Shown in pieces: positions 32,774 to 33,966 of a DNA stretch of 33,966 nt; the first letter of the stretch is position 1; every line of letters starts with the position of its first letter. The translations under genes and the position numbers were made by a program. This DNA is from Vitrella brassicaformis CCMP3155 (lineage: Eukaryota; Protista; Chromerida): NCBI GenBank assembly GCA_001179505.1, contig CDMY01000667.1, forward strand, positions 1 to 33,966. The letters are read 5' to 3'. The notes beneath the pieces are model-generated. The model was given only the letters and a program-made list of their open reading frames with translations, was not told the DNA's origin and did no database searches.

Positions 32774-33966
32774 ATTAGCTGAATCAATGAATGAATTGAA
32801 TGACAATGACCCATCATTGATTGACTCATTGCTTGACTGACAAGCACACACTCGTGTGACTCGACTGGCGCCGCATCACTGCAGAATGGCAAGGTGATCC
32901 GTTCGTTTCTTGCAGCCGGCCGATCAAATCCCATTGCAAACTTACTATCCTGACACTCATATGAGAACACAAAACAGCAGCAGAGTTACCATACGAGCGC
33001 ACGCAGAAGTCCGTTTCTAATGAGAGCGAATTACGTCATTGACCCAGGTTTTTTGCGGCAAAATTAAAACCATTGTGACATAAACATTGCTGCACTCACC
33101 ACGAGAGTGCCTCGTGGGGCTGTGGCATGTGGTAATTGTGGGATGTCTAGATTCATCATACCGGTGAAGACGAGTAAAGTTGCCGGCCCAAGCTGATACG
33201 GTTGCGGCCTCAGTGAGGGGTGACTCCGCCTCGAGGCCTCGAACACATTCAGCAGTTCCTCATCTACAACCCTCCCTTTCAAGGCGAGGCCCCCCGGTGG
33301 CCATGAGATCATCATGGAATGGTGGTGGTGGTGGTTAAGGGTAAGATTTATGGAATGGTGTGTCAGCAAGTCACCTTCGTCCGACTCGCCCGCTTCATGT
33401 ATTCTACTTAAGCACTCCCTTGTTGTTGTGGTGATTTTGTGGCAATTGTGTTCAGCCGGACTCAGAGGAACAGTCTATGTCCCTTGTGCATGATCCGTGA
33501 CGGTGGCCCTTTGGCGAGCATGATGGTGATCCAGGGACACGGCAGATCGGGTCTCTGGTACAATGCAAAGAACAAGAGCGAGATATGCGGTTTCAAGATG
33601 ACTACGAGGCATCACATCTCTCTGAGCAGACGTGTCTCGTGAGAAACCAGCTAAATTCCCTCTTCTCTCGAGTGGGAGAATCTTACCTCGGATTTCACTG
33701 TATAAGCCACGTCAGACATGCACACGTTCCGGACAAAAGTGTTGATTGCGTTTCGGCGTGGAGTTTGAAGGCTCTTGGTTGGTTGAAGCTTTCTTTTGTG
33801 TCCCAACAATCGAGGCTAGATTGGGGCAAATGTCTTGTCAGAATGATATCTCGCGGCGATCAGGGGGAGCCCAGTTGTGTATGTTAGTACGCGTGTGCGA
33901 AATGCTGCCTGCGGTAGATGGATGTCGTCTGAGAGAGAGGCGGACCCCATGGATCCGAGATGCACC

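Noticed and set aside
28892-32788. 9-bp direct repeat TGAATCAAT as a MULE-type TSD for the outer element
   Set aside because: It is offset asymmetrically from the inverted-repeat ends and lies in a TGAA-rich tract. CACTG ends with an exact ATT duplication explain the boundaries better.
1-33966. Most ORFs in the six-frame track
   Set aside because: They are antisense or off-frame shadows of GC-rich exons, or read through microsatellite-rich introns (e.g. TDRQTDRQ, VCVCV peptides).
1-33966. CRISPR array, rRNA, tRNA, snRNA
   Set aside because: There is no regularly spaced repeat-spacer series and no recognisable conserved RNA motifs; the repeats seen are two-copy or microsatellite.
32777-33966. 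Short ORFs at the right end (33064-33369 minus, 33439-33887 plus)
   Set aside because: They have no motifs and no phase-consistent exon chain, so they are left unannotated.

Overview
Eukaryotic, intron-dense nuclear DNA. It has short GT-AG introns with GACA/TGTC and AC/GT microsatellites and a signal-peptide+Phe presequence, so it resembles a chromerid alga such as Vitrella (inference, not verified). Bases 1-21 kb are ordinary, tightly packed genes: a plastid-targeted spermidine-synthase-like methyltransferase, a multipass membrane protein, an F-box protein, an EF-hand/TM protein, CD2BP2 and RIC1, including two head-to-head pairs. Bases 22.4-28.5 kb hold two tandem paralogues (genes A and B) encoding a secreted Cys-rich protein with a trefoil-like module. 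The main discovery is a three-layer nested mobile structure at 28.9-32.8 kb. The outer layer is a non-autonomous CACTG...CAGTG element with a 3-bp ATT target duplication (Pack-CACTA-like). It carries an inverted, ~96% identical, intron-containing fragment of gene A. That fragment is split by a 2627-bp element with perfect 15-bp TIRs, a 4-bp GGTG target duplication and the C-terminal half of a Sola-like (DNC..ENKN / GHTHEDID) transposase. Several introns also carry terminal inverted repeats. All gene models were hand-built from splice signals and frame continuity; no database searches were run. No rRNA, tRNA or CRISPR array was recognised.
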